A DNA stretch of 64,000 nucleotides. It comes from Candidatus Latescibacterota bacterium (GTDB taxonomy: Bacteria > Latescibacterota > UBA2968 > GCA-2709665). A model generated the notes under the pieces. That model did no database searches. It had not been told where the DNA came from and worked only from the letters and a program-made list of their open reading frames with translations. Positions 8,297 to 19,136 of the stretch are shown here, in pieces (positions within the stretch are counted from its first letter, which is position 1; every line of letters starts with the position of its first letter). The position numbers and the translations under genes were made by a program. Location: positions 128,001-192,000 of the forward strand of contig CAXXJS010000040.1 in NCBI GenBank assembly GCA_963662665.2. The letters run 5' to 3'.

Positions 8297-11200
8297 ATGT
8301 CGATAGCGAAATTCTCGGTACGAAACCCGGTATTGGTGAACCTGGTCATGGTGGGTCTGCTCTGCTTCGGCGGCATCAGTCTCTTCAGCATGCCTCAGGA
8401 GATGAACCCGCAGATCGACTTCAACTGGGTGATTGTCTCGATCCCGTACCCGGGCGCCAGTCCTGAAGAGGTGGAGAGCCTGATTGTCGTCCCCATCGAA
8501 GCGGAAATCCACGACCTGAACAAGATCGATGAGTTGCAGTCCACGGCAGACGCGGGCCTGGCCCTGTTCCTCGTCAAGTTCGAAGACATGTCGGAGTCCG
8601 AATTCAGGGAGATCTACACGGACCTCAAGGGGCGTATCGACCGGGTAGCGCTCCCGGAAGCGGCAGAGGACCCGGAGGTGGACGACTTCGACAGCGGCGA
8701 TTTTCTGCCCGTCCTCACAGTCAACATGGCATTCACGATACCGGAGGAAAATGCCCAGATTGTTGCCGACGATCTCGAGGATGACCTGAAAAACATATCG
8801 GGCGTCGCCAGGGTGCAGGTTGCGGGCCTTCCTGAGCGGGAAATCTGGGTCGAGGTCGATCCCTCCCGGCTGGCTGCCCGCGGCCTGACGGTTCTGGACG
8901 TGGTCCGGGCGATGCAGGCGAGAAATCTGAACGTGTCCGGAGGCACCCTCACCTACCGTGCGAAGGAGTACGCCATCCGGTCCCTGGCGGAATTCCGGAG
9001 CGTGGAGGAGATTCGCGAGACAATCGTCCGGACGGCTCCCCGGGGGGAGACCGTCAGAATCAGTGACGTCGCCAGGGTCCAGGACCGTCGCGAAGAGCCC
9101 CAGGTCCTCTCCCGGCTGAACGGCAATCCGTCCATCACATTCTCTCTATCGAAGACAACCGACGCGAATACGAACGACATGATCCTGGCCGTCAAGGAAA
9201 CGATCCGCAACTACGAGGACCGCGTACCGGACGGTATCAGCTTCAGCTTTACCGACGACAATTCCGTCTACATCAACCGGGTGATCGCGGCGCTTCGGAA
9301 CAACGCGGTCACGGGCATGGTGCTTATTTCACTCGTACTCTGGCTTTTCCTGGGATCCTGGAACGCCTTTCTGGCAACGCTCGGGATACCCATTTCATTC
9401 TTCATCACCTTCATTCTTCTAAACGTTTTTGGCTATACCATTAACGGGAGTACGCTGTTCGCGATGGTGATGGTACTGGGCATCATTGTGGATGACGCCA
9501 TCATCGTGATCGAGAACTGTCACCGTTACCGGCTGCAGGGCCACAGCGCCGGCGAGGCCGCCATCCTGGGCGCGGGCGAAGTGACAACGCCGATCCTCAG
9601 TTCCGTAGGCACCAACATTGCCGCCTTCCTTCCCTTGATCCTGTTGCCGGGCGTGATGGGAAAGTTCATGCGGATCATCCCGTTGACCTTCGCGCTGGCG
9701 CTGGCCGCTTCCCTGTTCGAGGCGTTCGTCCTTCTGCCTTCGCACTACGCCGAATGGACCCGGCGGTCCAAAGCCCACAAGAGAGGCGAACAGCCGTTTT
9801 TCAGAAAACTCCGCAGAATCTACGGTCGAATGCTCATCCGCACGCTGCGGCGGCGCTACTGGGTTATCGGCGCCCTGGTCGGCGTGCTTGTCGGCGCCGT
9901 GATGATCCTCGGCCAGCTCCCCATCGACATCTATGCCGACGATGAACTGGACGCGTTCAAGGTGCTCATCAAGTTCCCCGAAGGAACCAGCCTGCACGAG
10001 TCGGACCGCGTCACCCGCGCCTATGAGGCCGAGGCCCTCCGGCTTTCTGATGAGGACGTCGAGGGCGTCGTCGTGAACGTCGGTCTCCTGCAGAGCAACA
10101 ACGAGTGGCTGACGCGGAAGAGCGTCTCCCAGGTCCTTGTACAGCTCAAGCCCAGAGAGAAACGCGTGAGAATGTCGGACGAACTGATCGACATGCTCCG
10201 GGAGCGCACGGAGCACATCGAGGGACCCGCTTCGGTCGTCTTCGAGGCATTTGCCGGAGGGCCGCCCGAAGGCAAACCGATTTCCGTGAAGGTTCAAGGT
10301 CGTTATCTCGACCAGATGAAGGAAGCGGCGCTTGTGCTTCAGGACTCGCTGCGCCGGATCCCGGGCACGCTGGAAGTGACCGACGACTTCCCGCCCGGCA
10401 AGGAAGCGATCCGGATCGAAGTGGACGAAGTCAGAGCGGCGCTGTACGGTTTCTCGGCGCAGGACGTGGCCATGAACGTTCGGTACGCGTTCGACGGAGT
10501 CAGGGCCACGACGTTCAGGGATGGAGACGAAGAGGTGGGCGTCATCGTACAGTACGACAGAGCAAACCGGTCGACCGTAGAAGACGTGCTGAACGTACAG
10601 GTGACGAACTCAAGCGGGGCGACGGTCGCACTGCGAGACATGGTCACCTTCTCAATCGGTCCGGGACGCACGAAGATCAAGCGCTTCGACCGGAGGCGGA
10701 CCATCATCGTCACCGGCGAGATTGACGAAGCAATATTGACATTGGATCAGATCAACGGCAGAATGCTCGAGATCTTCCCATCGATCGAAGCTCAGTATTC
10801 AGGCATAAGCTTCCATATCGGCGGGGAGTTTACGGATTTCCTGGAAGCGTTCGATAACGTCGTGGCACTGTTCATCGTCAGTCTGATTCTGATGTTTCTG
10901 ATCCTGGGAACCCAATTCAATTCCTACGCTCAACCACTGGTGATCCTGACTTCCGTACCCTTCGCGATCATCGGTGCGCTGCTCGGTCTGTTGATTTCGG
11001 GCAACCCGTTCAGCCTGACTTCGGTTTTCGGATTCGTCGCCCTGGCGGGAATTGTCGTCAACGACGCCATTGTGATGGTGGCTTTCATGAACAGACGGCG
11101 ACGCGCCGGCGGGTCCGTGACGAACATCTGGCGGAGCATTGTGAACGCGGGGCGGCTGCGACTGCGACCGATCATCCTGACTTCCGTGACGACGATATCG

Positions 11201-11413
11201 GGCCTGCTGCCGATGGCGATCGGCCTCGGCGGAAAATCGGGCCTATGGTCGCCGCTTGCGAACGTGATCCTTTTTGGATTGCTCGTTTCAACCGTCCTGA
11301 CGTTATTTGTCATCCCGTGCTTCATGGCGGCCCTGGACGATATCAAACGCGAGCGCAAAAAGGCGCGCCTGCGGGAGCCCGCGAAGTCTCCAGGGACAAT
11401 GGCTCACCGATGA
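8297..11413 (+). CDS. AcrB/AcrD/AcrF-family RND permease
   Basis: 1038 aa. GIIVDDAIIVIEN, GIVVNDAIV and RLRPIILTS motifs. Confidence 0.95.
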   Translation: MSIAKFSVRNPVLVNLVMVGLLCFGGISLFSMPQEMNPQIDFNWVIVSIPYPGASPEEVESLIVVPIEAEIHDLNKIDELQSTADAGLALFLVKFEDMSESEFREIYTDLKGRIDRVALPEAAEDPEVDDFDSGDFLPVLTVNMAFTIPEENAQIVADDLEDDLKNISGVARVQVAGLPEREIWVEVDPSRLAARGLTVLDVVRAMQARNLNVSGGTLTYRAKEYAIRSLAEFRSVEEIRETIVRTAPRGETVRISDVARVQDRREEPQVLSRLNGNPSITFSLSKTTDANTNDMILAVKETIRNYEDRVPDGISFSFTDDNSVYINRVIAALRNNAVTGMVLISLVLWLFLGSWNAFLATLGIPISFFITFILLNVFGYTINGSTLFAMVMVLGIIVDDAIIVIENCHRYRLQGHSAGEAAILGAGEVTTPILSSVGTNIAAFLPLILLPGVMGKFMRIIPLTFALALAASLFEAFVLLPSHYAEWTRRSKAHKRGEQPFFRKLRRIYGRMLIRTLRRRYWVIGALVGVLVGAVMILGQLPIDIYADDELDAFKVLIKFPEGTSLHESDRVTRAYEAEALRLSDEDVEGVVVNVGLLQSNNEWLTRKSVSQVLVQLKPREKRVRMSDELIDMLRERTEHIEGPASVVFEAFAGGPPEGKPISVKVQGRYLDQMKEAALVLQDSLRRIPGTLEVTDDFPPGKEAIRIEVDEVRAALYGFSAQDVAMNVRYAFDGVRATTFRDGDEEVGVIVQYDRANRSTVEDVLNVQVTNSSGATVALRDMVTFSIGPGRTKIKRFDRRRTIIVTGEIDEAILTLDQINGRMLEIFPSIEAQYSGISFHIGGEFTDFLEAFDNVVALFIVSLILMFLILGTQFNSYAQPLVILTSVPFAIIGALLGLLISGNPFSLTSVFGFVALAGIVVNDAIVMVAFMNRRRRAGGSVTNIWRSIVNAGRLRLRPIILTSVTTISGLLPMAIGLGGKSGLWSPLANVILFGLLVSTVLTLFVIPCFMAALDDIKRERKKARLREPAKSPGTMAHR

Positions 11414-11446
11414 CCACCGGCGCGTGATACACGCAAAGGAGACTGT

Positions 11447-12331
11447 ATGCCACTGACCGAAGCGGAACTGAGACAATACGAGGAACAGGGCGCCGTCACT
11501 GTAGACAGCCCTTTTACAACCGCCCAACTCGACCGGGCGGAAGCCGCGTGGGACCGGCTGACGGAAAGCGGCCGGCCGCATTACGAAGAACCGGACTACC
11601 TTGACGTCTTCCAGCACCCGTTCTTCGAGGAAGTGGCCATGGATGTATTGCGCGCGGACGCCGTACATCTGTGGTGGGGCGTGTCCCCCCATGGGCGATC
11701 TCCATCGAATGCGCCATTCGGAAGCGTACGCGACCAGTGGGGCGGCGGATGCCATACCGACATTCAGGCCACGTGGGACGATTTCCAGGCCACGCCCCGG
11801 AGAATGCGTGCGGAGCTCTGGTTCTGGCTCAATGACGTGCCGGCGCATCGCGGCGCAATGCGCGTGATTCCCGGCAGTCACCGCCCGATTATGGAATACT
11901 GGAACCGCGTCCTCACCCCGGAGCACAAGGCCATGCTTCCTCGCGTCCACGGCGTGCGCCCGCGTCCGGCGGAAGGCGCGGGGTCCTACCCGGAACACGT
12001 TCCCGACCTGACGGATACCCCCTGGCTGGAGCAGGATCCGGCGCCCATGGTGGCCCGCCGGGGGCAGATGCTGGTCCTGTGCAGTTCCGGCCTGCACTCG
12101 GCCTGGCAGAACGAGGACTCGGTGCCACGCAAGGCGATGCTATCCGCCTGGGCCGCTTCGGGCGTTTCCTGCGGACTTCCGAAGGGCCAGCGCGACGCGC
12201 TGATGGATTTCTTTCCCCGGCTGCGCCGGAGACTGCGGCCCGACCGGGCGCACATCGTTCCGGAGGACTTCGATTGGCTCTTTGAGAGCAACTACGAGCC
12301 GAAGTGGCCCGAGACGTTCATCGGGACATAA
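11447..12331 (+). CDS. Phytanoyl-CoA dioxygenase (PhyH)-family protein
   Basis: N-terminal LTEAELRQYEEQG, HxD (CHTD), GAMRVIPGSH and distal His (LHSA). Confidence 0.8.
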   Translation: MPLTEAELRQYEEQGAVTVDSPFTTAQLDRAEAAWDRLTESGRPHYEEPDYLDVFQHPFFEEVAMDVLRADAVHLWWGVSPHGRSPSNAPFGSVRDQWGGGCHTDIQATWDDFQATPRRMRAELWFWLNDVPAHRGAMRVIPGSHRPIMEYWNRVLTPEHKAMLPRVHGVRPRPAEGAGSYPEHVPDLTDTPWLEQDPAPMVARRGQMLVLCSSGLHSAWQNEDSVPRKAMLSAWAASGVSCGLPKGQRDALMDFFPRLRRRLRPDRAHIVPEDFDWLFESNYEPKWPETFIGT

Positions 12332-12393
12332 GTACGGGCTGCTCAGCCGTATTTTGACGCAGAGCAAACAGAGCGTCACCTGGAGGAAGCACA

Positions 12394-13630
12394 ATGCAGG
12401 CGATGGATCGCAATCGATTCCTGGAAGAGGGCTACCTTGTCGTAAAGGAAGCCATTCCCCGGGAAAAACTGCAGGACGTCCGACGAGCCTGCGAAACGCT
12501 CGTGGACCGGCAACGCGAACACTGGAAGGCCATGCGAAAGGAAGGAGACCCGCCGGGCGGCGAGTGGGAGTCCGGCCCGCAACCCCGTCTGATGCTCAAC
12601 CGGCCGCCGCTGGTCAACGGAATCAGCGAGGAGACGGCGCCTGCCGCGGAGGTGTGGCTCGAGCCGCAATATCCAGGGCCTCAGCTCACAGCTTCTGGGC
12701 GTAGCCGACGCGTCGGTAACCGAAATGATGATGATGTGCAATCCGGTTCGGGACCACGGCCCCGCCAAGTGGCATCGCGACCACCACCCCATCGACACCG
12801 CCCCCCTCCAGGGGTATATCGACGACATCCTCGAAGGGGGACCCCGTTACGTCCAATGGAACATACCGCTTTACGACGACAACGTCCTGGTGGTGGTTCC
12901 GGGCAGCCACGTGCGGTTCAACACGAAAGAGGAAAACGAGTACCTGCTTGCCGATCCGTGCCAGCCATTGCCGAACGGCGTCCGGACCCACCTGGAAGCT
13001 GGAGACGGCGTGGTCTACATCCTCCCGCTTCTCCACTGGGGCAGCAATTACAGCCCCAGGTTGAGACGGACCATACACGGCGGATTTTCCACGCACACGT
13101 CGATCGACGATCTCTCTTTCGCGGATCACCTTTCGACGGGAACGGCAGCCGCGTTCGGGCGATGGAATGACCGGACCCGGGAAATGAAGGGACACTCGGA
13201 GAAAGCGCTCAGGGCGGTTGTGGAATGCGACGGAGAGGCGTACATCGGGGCGCTGAACGGGCTTCATCCGGACAGGGGCGAAAAGGGAAGGTTGCTCTCC
13301 ACCGTCTTTCTATGCAAGGCGGCTCTGGCGATCCGGCTTGCGAAGAACCCGCCATTTCCCGACGTTCCGGAAGAACTTTCCCGACGGCTGCGGGGCGCAC
13401 ACCCGATCACCCTGAGCTGGGGTCCCGATTTTGCCGGGCGATTCAGCGCATCGGAGGGGGAGATATTGTGGAAGCGGTTCGAGCCGCTGGACAGGCTGCT
13501 CCGGTCTGACGCGGAGCATTTCGTACCGGGATTTCAGTCAGGACCGATGAAATACCACTTCAACGAGATGCCGGAGAATTATACGACCTCGGACTTCATC
13601 GCGGGATGGGGTTCGCAACCGGAAGCGTGA
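12394..13630 (+). pseudogene. PhyH-family dioxygenase with a frameshift near 12661-12668
   Basis: N-terminus RFLEEGYLVV in the 12394 frame continues as NIQGLSSQLL...WHRD...VPGSH...LHWG in the 12725 frame. Confidence 0.8.
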
Positions 13631-13632
13631 CA

Positions 13633-16548
13633 CTAAAACACGAAGATGTCCTTGAGACCGACCTCGCTGACGGAACCGTAGTTTTCCAGCGCCGGGAGGT
13701 CGATTTTATCTTTGTCACCCACTATGGAGATCAGTTTAACTCTGTTCTTCAGGTTCCGGCCGTAGAACGCCAGCATGTCGTCCATTCCGGCGGCCTGGAT
13801 TCTCTCGAAACGCGACTTTCGTGGATCCACGGGAACGCCCAGCCGTTCCCAGGAACGTACGGATCCCAGGACCCGCCGAAAGCTGATTTTGTTTGTGCGA
13901 TATCTGTTCAGTATAGACGTGCGGGCTTCTTCAAACCGCTCGGGCGTGACCGGCATGTTATCCATCAGGTCGATAAACGCCTGGACGGCTTCGATCGTCT
14001 TGTCGGGCTGGCAGGCGATGGATCCCGACATGAGGTTCTGGTCTCCCTTCCGGTCGCCATTGAAATAGCGCGCCCATGCCGAGTAGGCCAGCGCGCGGGC
14101 TTCCCGCAGTTCCTGGAAGACGATTCCGCTCATCCCGCCGCCGAAATAGCTGTTATAGAGCTCGGCGGCGGGAACGGAAGCCTCATTGAAATCTTTATCG
14201 CCGAATTCTATATATACGAGCGCCTGCGCAAGCGGTTTGTGGAAGAACCGAATCTCGGTTTGCTCCGGAGTCCGCGCCTTGTAGAACCGGTACGGCGGCG
14301 GGTCCTCAAGGGCTCCCGGGACTGGACGGAGTTTTTTCAGGACTGCCAGGACCTGTTGTAAAGGCAGGGAGCCGGTATAGGCGATCGTGTGTTTGTATCT
14401 GAACAGACCGCGGACCAGCCCATGGAGTTCCTCAAGCGTGAGTTCCCGCAGGGCTTCGTTGGGCAACGTGCGCAGATAGCGGGAGTCCTTACCGTATCTG
14501 TTGAACAGAACAACACCGCCCTGAATGGTACGGTGGTTCTTTTTCGCGTCTTCGCGCTCTGCAAGAACGATCTTCACGAGTTCATCCAAAGTAGATTTGT
14601 CCGCGGATGGATTGTTGACAAGCTCCGCCATAAGGGCAAGCGAAGGCTCGATGTTTTCATCCAGCCCGGAGATGGTTACGCTTGTTTCGTTGTTACCGGC
14701 AGACATGGAAAACTCGGTACCGAGCTTGTACCACTCCTTCTTGAGGGCGTCCGAGGCGTGACGTCCGGTTCCGGACTTGTCGAGCAACCGGGCGGCCATT
14801 CCCATCCTGTTGTTCTGGTTGTTGCCCATGTCCACTGTGAAGGTCAGGGAGAAGAGGTCGTTGATGGGGTTCCGGGAGTAGTAGAGCCGGACGTCATCGT
14901 GGTAATCGGCAATCTGGTAGTCTTTGCCCGGATCGACAAAGGAAGGTTCGATTTCCTCGGCCGGCATGGCCAGCACATTGCCGGCGAAAACAGACTGGCG
15001 AGTGGCGTCGATGTTGATCTTGTCGATCCGGGGCTTCTGAATCCTGGGAATCTCGTGCTGTTCATCGATCCGGTATCCCGCGACGTAATCGCCTGCGAAA
15101 TACTCCCGCGCGACACGGATGACATCGTCTTTGGTGACCCGTTCCAGACGGGCGATCTCACCGGTTGTATGCTTCCAGTCCTGGAGTGCAAGGAACGAAT
15201 TCCGCATCCGGCGCACGCGGGCGTTGTCCGATTCCATCTCTCGTTTTTCGTTCTTCTTGAAGTCGGTGACGATGGCGGGCAGTATCCAGTCTTCAAACCG
15301 GCCGCTCCTGATAATCTCAAGCTGATCGATCAGCAGTTGTTCCACTTCTTCAAGGGTCTGATCCTTCTTTGGAATGCCCCAGAGATACTGTGCGCCGCCG
15401 TCGTTGTACAGTGAGGGATACGAACCCGACCGCCGGACCTTCTGTTTCTGATTGAGATTCAGATTGATCAGACCGGCGGTGGCGTTGTCCAGAATCATAT
15501 CCAGGAGTCTGAGCGCGTCCGCGTCCTGATGATTCCTGGATGCCGTCCTGAACGCCAGAAGCACGTATTCCTCACCCTGGAACCCCACCTGCACCCTCTC
15601 GGCGCCGCTGAGGGGCGCCTCCTTCCAGTCGGGCAACTGCGGCAGAGGTCCGGGCTCCCACGCCGAGAAGTGCTCGTCGATCAGTTTTATGGTTTCGTCG
15701 ATCCGGATGTCCCCCGAAATGACGATGGCCATGTTGTTCGGCACGTAGTAGGTATTGTAGAACCAATACATGTTTTTCAGCGATGGATTCTTCAGGTGTT
15801 CCACTTTCCCGATCGTGGTCTGCTGGCCGTAGGGATGCTTCTTGAAGAGCAAATCGGCGACGGCGTATATGATTGCCCGGTCTTTGTTGTCCATGGACCG
15901 GTTTTTCTCTTCATAGACCGTTTCCAGTTCGGACTGAAAGAGCCGGAAGACGGCGTTCCGGAAGCGTTCGGATTCGATTGCCGCCCAGTGGCGCAGCCGG
16001 TTGGCGGGCAGATTGATTCTGTAGACGGTCTCTTCGTGCCAGGTATGCGCGTTCAGCCCGGTACCGCCCATGGCCTTGTAGAGTTTGTCGATTTCATTGG
16101 GAATGGCGTACTGCGCGGCAAGCTGGGATTCCTTGTTGATCTCGGCGTAGATGGCTTTCCGTTTTTCCGGATCGGTTTCGCTGAAATGCTCCTCGTAGAG
16201 ACGGGTGATATTGTCGAGGTGCGCTTTCTCCTTCCCGTAATCCAGGGAGCCGATGCTCTTCGTGCCCTTGAACAGCATATGTTCAAGGTAGTGCGCCAGT
16301 CCGGTGGATTCTGCCGGGTCGTGCTTACTGCCCGCCCGAACGATGATCTCCGCGTAAAACCGGGGTGTCTGACGGTTTTCCGTGAGATAGACCGTGAGGC
16401 CGTTGTCCAGGCGGAAGATATGCACCGCCATCGGGTCGTCGGCGCCCGGTTCGTGAATACGTGTATATGCGCCGTCTGCGCTGGCAGCGAAAATGTTCAG
16501 AAGGGCGATGAAGAGCAGTGTGAACGACGCACATCGCAACCTATGCAT
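13633..16548 (-). CDS. M16-family (insulinase/PqqL-like) zinc protease
   Basis: Signal peptide, LDNGL, inverted zinc motif HYLEH, ELREARALAYS. Confidence 0.93.
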   Translation of the reverse strand: MHRLRCASFTLLFIALLNIFAASADGAYTRIHEPGADDPMAVHIFRLDNGLTVYLTENRQTPRFYAEIIVRAGSKHDPAESTGLAHYLEHMLFKGTKSIGSLDYGKEKAHLDNITRLYEEHFSETDPEKRKAIYAEINKESQLAAQYAIPNEIDKLYKAMGGTGLNAHTWHEETVYRINLPANRLRHWAAIESERFRNAVFRLFQSELETVYEEKNRSMDNKDRAIIYAVADLLFKKHPYGQQTTIGKVEHLKNPSLKNMYWFYNTYYVPNNMAIVISGDIRIDETIKLIDEHFSAWEPGPLPQLPDWKEAPLSGAERVQVGFQGEEYVLLAFRTASRNHQDADALRLLDMILDNATAGLINLNLNQKQKVRRSGSYPSLYNDGGAQYLWGIPKKDQTLEEVEQLLIDQLEIIRSGRFEDWILPAIVTDFKKNEKREMESDNARVRRMRNSFLALQDWKHTTGEIARLERVTKDDVIRVAREYFAGDYVAGYRIDEQHEIPRIQKPRIDKINIDATRQSVFAGNVLAMPAEEIEPSFVDPGKDYQIADYHDDVRLYYSRNPINDLFSLTFTVDMGNNQNNRMGMAARLLDKSGTGRHASDALKKEWYKLGTEFSMSAGNNETSVTISGLDENIEPSLALMAELVNNPSADKSTLDELVKIVLAEREDAKKNHRTIQGGVVLFNRYGKDSRYLRTLPNEALRELTLEELHGLVRGLFRYKHTIAYTGSLPLQQVLAVLKKLRPVPGALEDPPPYRFYKARTPEQTEIRFFHKPLAQALVYIEFGDKDFNEASVPAAELYNSYFGGGMSGIVFQELREARALAYSAWARYFNGDRKGDQNLMSGSIACQPDKTIEAVQAFIDLMDNMPVTPERFEEARTSILNRYRTNKISFRRVLGSVRSWERLGVPVDPRKSRFERIQAAGMDDMLAFYGRNLKNRVKLISIVGDKDKIDLPALENYGSVSEVGLKDIFVF

Positions 16549-16602
16549 TGGATGAATCTCCCTCTTGTTTGAATTACACTTCGCTACAAACGGATCTGAA
16601 TC

Positions 16603-17865
16603 CTACTGAAGTTCCGCGGCCTGCGCCACCACCTTTCGGAAAGCCTCCGCGTGCTCCCGGATTACCTCGGGGCGATAGTGTTTGAACCACGGGATGGAAA
16701 AGAGACGCTCCGACATACGTTCCGTCTGCGGCAAACTCCCCTCGCCCTGGCGAACGTCGGCGTCGGAATGCGCGACCCGCGTGGGTTCGCCGTGCCCGTA
16801 AACGTCGGCATCGTTCAATACCGGGTGTAGATGCATCAGCAGATTGCCACCCGCCCCGCATGAAGTCCCTTCGGCCCTCACCGCATCGCAGAACTTCCGC
16901 AACGGCAGGCCCCCGAGTTCTTCGGGTACGTAGATTCCGTGCGCGGCATACCAACCACCCATTGTGCTTCCGGAGCCTTTCGGAGGCCTGTGGGCGCGCA
17001 GCCCCGGCGCACCTTCGAGCAGGTCCCAGAAATAATTCATCGCCCTGTCAATCTCTTCCATCCGTTCCTGATAATGCTTGAGCTGGACCCGCCCCACGGC
17101 AGACGAAAGCTGATGCATCCTGTATTTGAATCCGCCCAGAGGCAAGCCTGCGAATTTCTTCAACTCGGGATTATCGATCTGTCCGGTGCGCTCGTAGTGG
17201 CCAAACGCAACCGCGCGTTCATAGATATCTTTATCGTCGGTGACCAGCATTCCCGCTTCGCCGATGGCCAGCGACTTTCCTGCCATGCACGACATTGCGC
17301 CCACGTGGCCGATCCCGCCCGTGAGTGTTCCACGGTATTTCGCGCCGTGCGCGTGGGAGACGTCTTCGATCACCTTGATTCCGCGGGCGTTGGCGATTTC
17401 CATGATTGCATCCATATCGGTTGGATGGCCGAAATAGTGGACCGCCACAATCGCCTTGGTTCTGTCTGTAATCTTCCGTTCGACGTCTGCCGGATCGAGT
17501 GTGATCGTATCCGGGTCGATATCGGCGTATACAATGGTCGCGCCGAGATTCATCGCCTGCAGGACGGATGCCCAGAACGTCATGCTCTGACAGATGATTT
17601 CATCCCCTACACCCACGCCGCAACCGAACATCGCCGAATGGATGGACGACGTACCCGTATTGTGGGCAAGCGCGTACTTCGTGCCGAACCAGTCGGCAAA
17701 TTCCTTTTCAAACTGCACCGTCACGTCCGTGCCGGACATGGCCCCGCGCCGCAACACCTCCAACGCGGCCTCTTCGTCCTCCTCAGTGATAATCGGCCAG
17801 GTGAACATATCTCGCGGATCGGTCTTCACCGCCCTTGAGCCACCCAGAATTGCCAGCTTGTCCAT
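16603..17865 (-). CDS. DegT/DnrJ/EryC1/StrS-family aminotransferase
   Basis: FEKEFA, VHYFGHP, IEDVSHAHG and GKSLAIGEAG (PLP lysine). RBS GAGGAGG before MDKLAIL. Confidence 0.9.
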   Translation of the reverse strand: MDKLAILGGSRAVKTDPRDMFTWPIITEEDEEAALEVLRRGAMSGTDVTVQFEKEFADWFGTKYALAHNTGTSSIHSAMFGCGVGVGDEIICQSMTFWASVLQAMNLGATIVYADIDPDTITLDPADVERKITDRTKAIVAVHYFGHPTDMDAIMEIANARGIKVIEDVSHAHGAKYRGTLTGGIGHVGAMSCMAGKSLAIGEAGMLVTDDKDIYERAVAFGHYERTGQIDNPELKKFAGLPLGGFKYRMHQLSSAVGRVQLKHYQERMEEIDRAMNYFWDLLEGAPGLRAHRPPKGSGSTMGGWYAAHGIYVPEELGGLPLRKFCDAVRAEGTSCGAGGNLLMHLHPVLNDADVYGHGEPTRVAHSDADVRQGEGSLPQTERMSERLFSIPWFKHYRPEVIREHAEAFRKVVAQAAELQ

Positions 17866-18102
17866 CGTCGAACCTCCTCGGGAGCGTTCCACCCCCGTGT
17901 TCAAGTCAATCGAGGGAAATTCCTGGTTTTCCATACACCGCGACAACCGGTTTTATAGCAAAAAAATAACAATTCCGCAAGCGAAATATCCGGCAATCAA
18001 CCTTCTGCGATTCCCCTTGATTTTTTGCCGCGTTTTCTGAAATTTACGTCTGGTGTCCCGTCGCGGAACACCAGGGCGCATTGAACTTCACGATCGGTTT
18101 CC

Positions 18103-19080
18103 ATGTCTGTTCTCATCACCGGCATTTCGGGAAGAATTGGCGCCAACCTCGCCGGAACGCTGGTTAAACAGGGGCATTCCGTCCGCGGCCTCGTCTGGCC
18201 TCGAGACCCCCGCACCGACAAGCTGAACGGGCTGGACGTGGAGCTTGTCTCCGGCAGCCTCACGAATCCCGCAGACGTACAAAAAGCCGTAAAGGGCGTC
18301 GGGGCGGTCTACCATCTTGGCGCGGCATTTCAGGGAGGCGGACCCTTTTCCGAATCCGACTATTTCGAAATCAACGTGCGGGGCACCTTCAGCATGCTCG
18401 AAGCCGCCAGAGCACAGGACCCGCCGCCAAGGTTCATCTACGCGGGCACCGACGCCGTTTACAGCAAGTATATCCCCGGCGGACTGACCGAACCGATCCG
18501 GGAAGACCGAACACCCCGCCGTACCCGAGGATGGTACGCCCTCTCCAAGTCCCTTGGAGAAGAACTCTGTACAGGATACTGGCTCACCTACGGGCTGCCC
18601 GCCGTGGTCCTTCGATTCTGCATGGTCTTTGGCGCTGGCGAAATTCTGGACTTTCCGCAATTTCGACTGAGCGGCTTGAAGGGCCGTCCCGAATTCAAGG
18701 ACCCGGGGCAGGGAACAGAGCGCCTGGTGGTACTCAGGGACGAGAAGGGCAGACCCTACAAAAAACACGTCGCCGACGTGCGGGATATCGTCCAGGGCTG
18801 CCAACTGGCATTGTGCGCCGAGGACGTTTCCGGCGAAACGATTCAGCTCGCCGGTCCCGCGCCATTCGCCTGGGATGAAGCCGTCCCCCATCTTTCGGAA
18901 CGTCTGGGCGTCCCGTATATCGAAACCGTCCTGCAGGGCGAACCCACGTTCTATGAGTTCGACCTGTCCAAAGCCCGGAGGCTCCTGGGTTTCAAACCCG
19001 GGTACACTATCCGTCGGATGATCGATGACGCCCTCGCCTACAGACGAGGGGACGACATCGGCGTCCTGCCAACGGATTGA
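18103..19080 (+). CDS. NAD-dependent epimerase/dehydratase
   Basis: TGISGRIG and YALSK (YxxxK) motifs. Confidence 0.88.
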   Translation: MSVLITGISGRIGANLAGTLVKQGHSVRGLVWPRDPRTDKLNGLDVELVSGSLTNPADVQKAVKGVGAVYHLGAAFQGGGPFSESDYFEINVRGTFSMLEAARAQDPPPRFIYAGTDAVYSKYIPGGLTEPIREDRTPRRTRGWYALSKSLGEELCTGYWLTYGLPAVVLRFCMVFGAGEILDFPQFRLSGLKGRPEFKDPGQGTERLVVLRDEKGRPYKKHVADVRDIVQGCQLALCAEDVSGETIQLAGPAPFAWDEAVPHLSERLGVPYIETVLQGEPTFYEFDLSKARRLLGFKPGYTIRRMIDDALAYRRGDDIGVLPTD

Positions 19081-19136
19081 AGCCACGGGACCCTGCTGAT
19101 ACCAGGACGGCATCCGCCTCGTGGAAAGGGGAAGTC

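Noticed and set aside
12655-12675. Programmed ribosomal frameshift in the PhyH gene
   Set aside because: No slippery heptamer or stimulatory structure is evident; mutation or sequencing error is more parsimonious.
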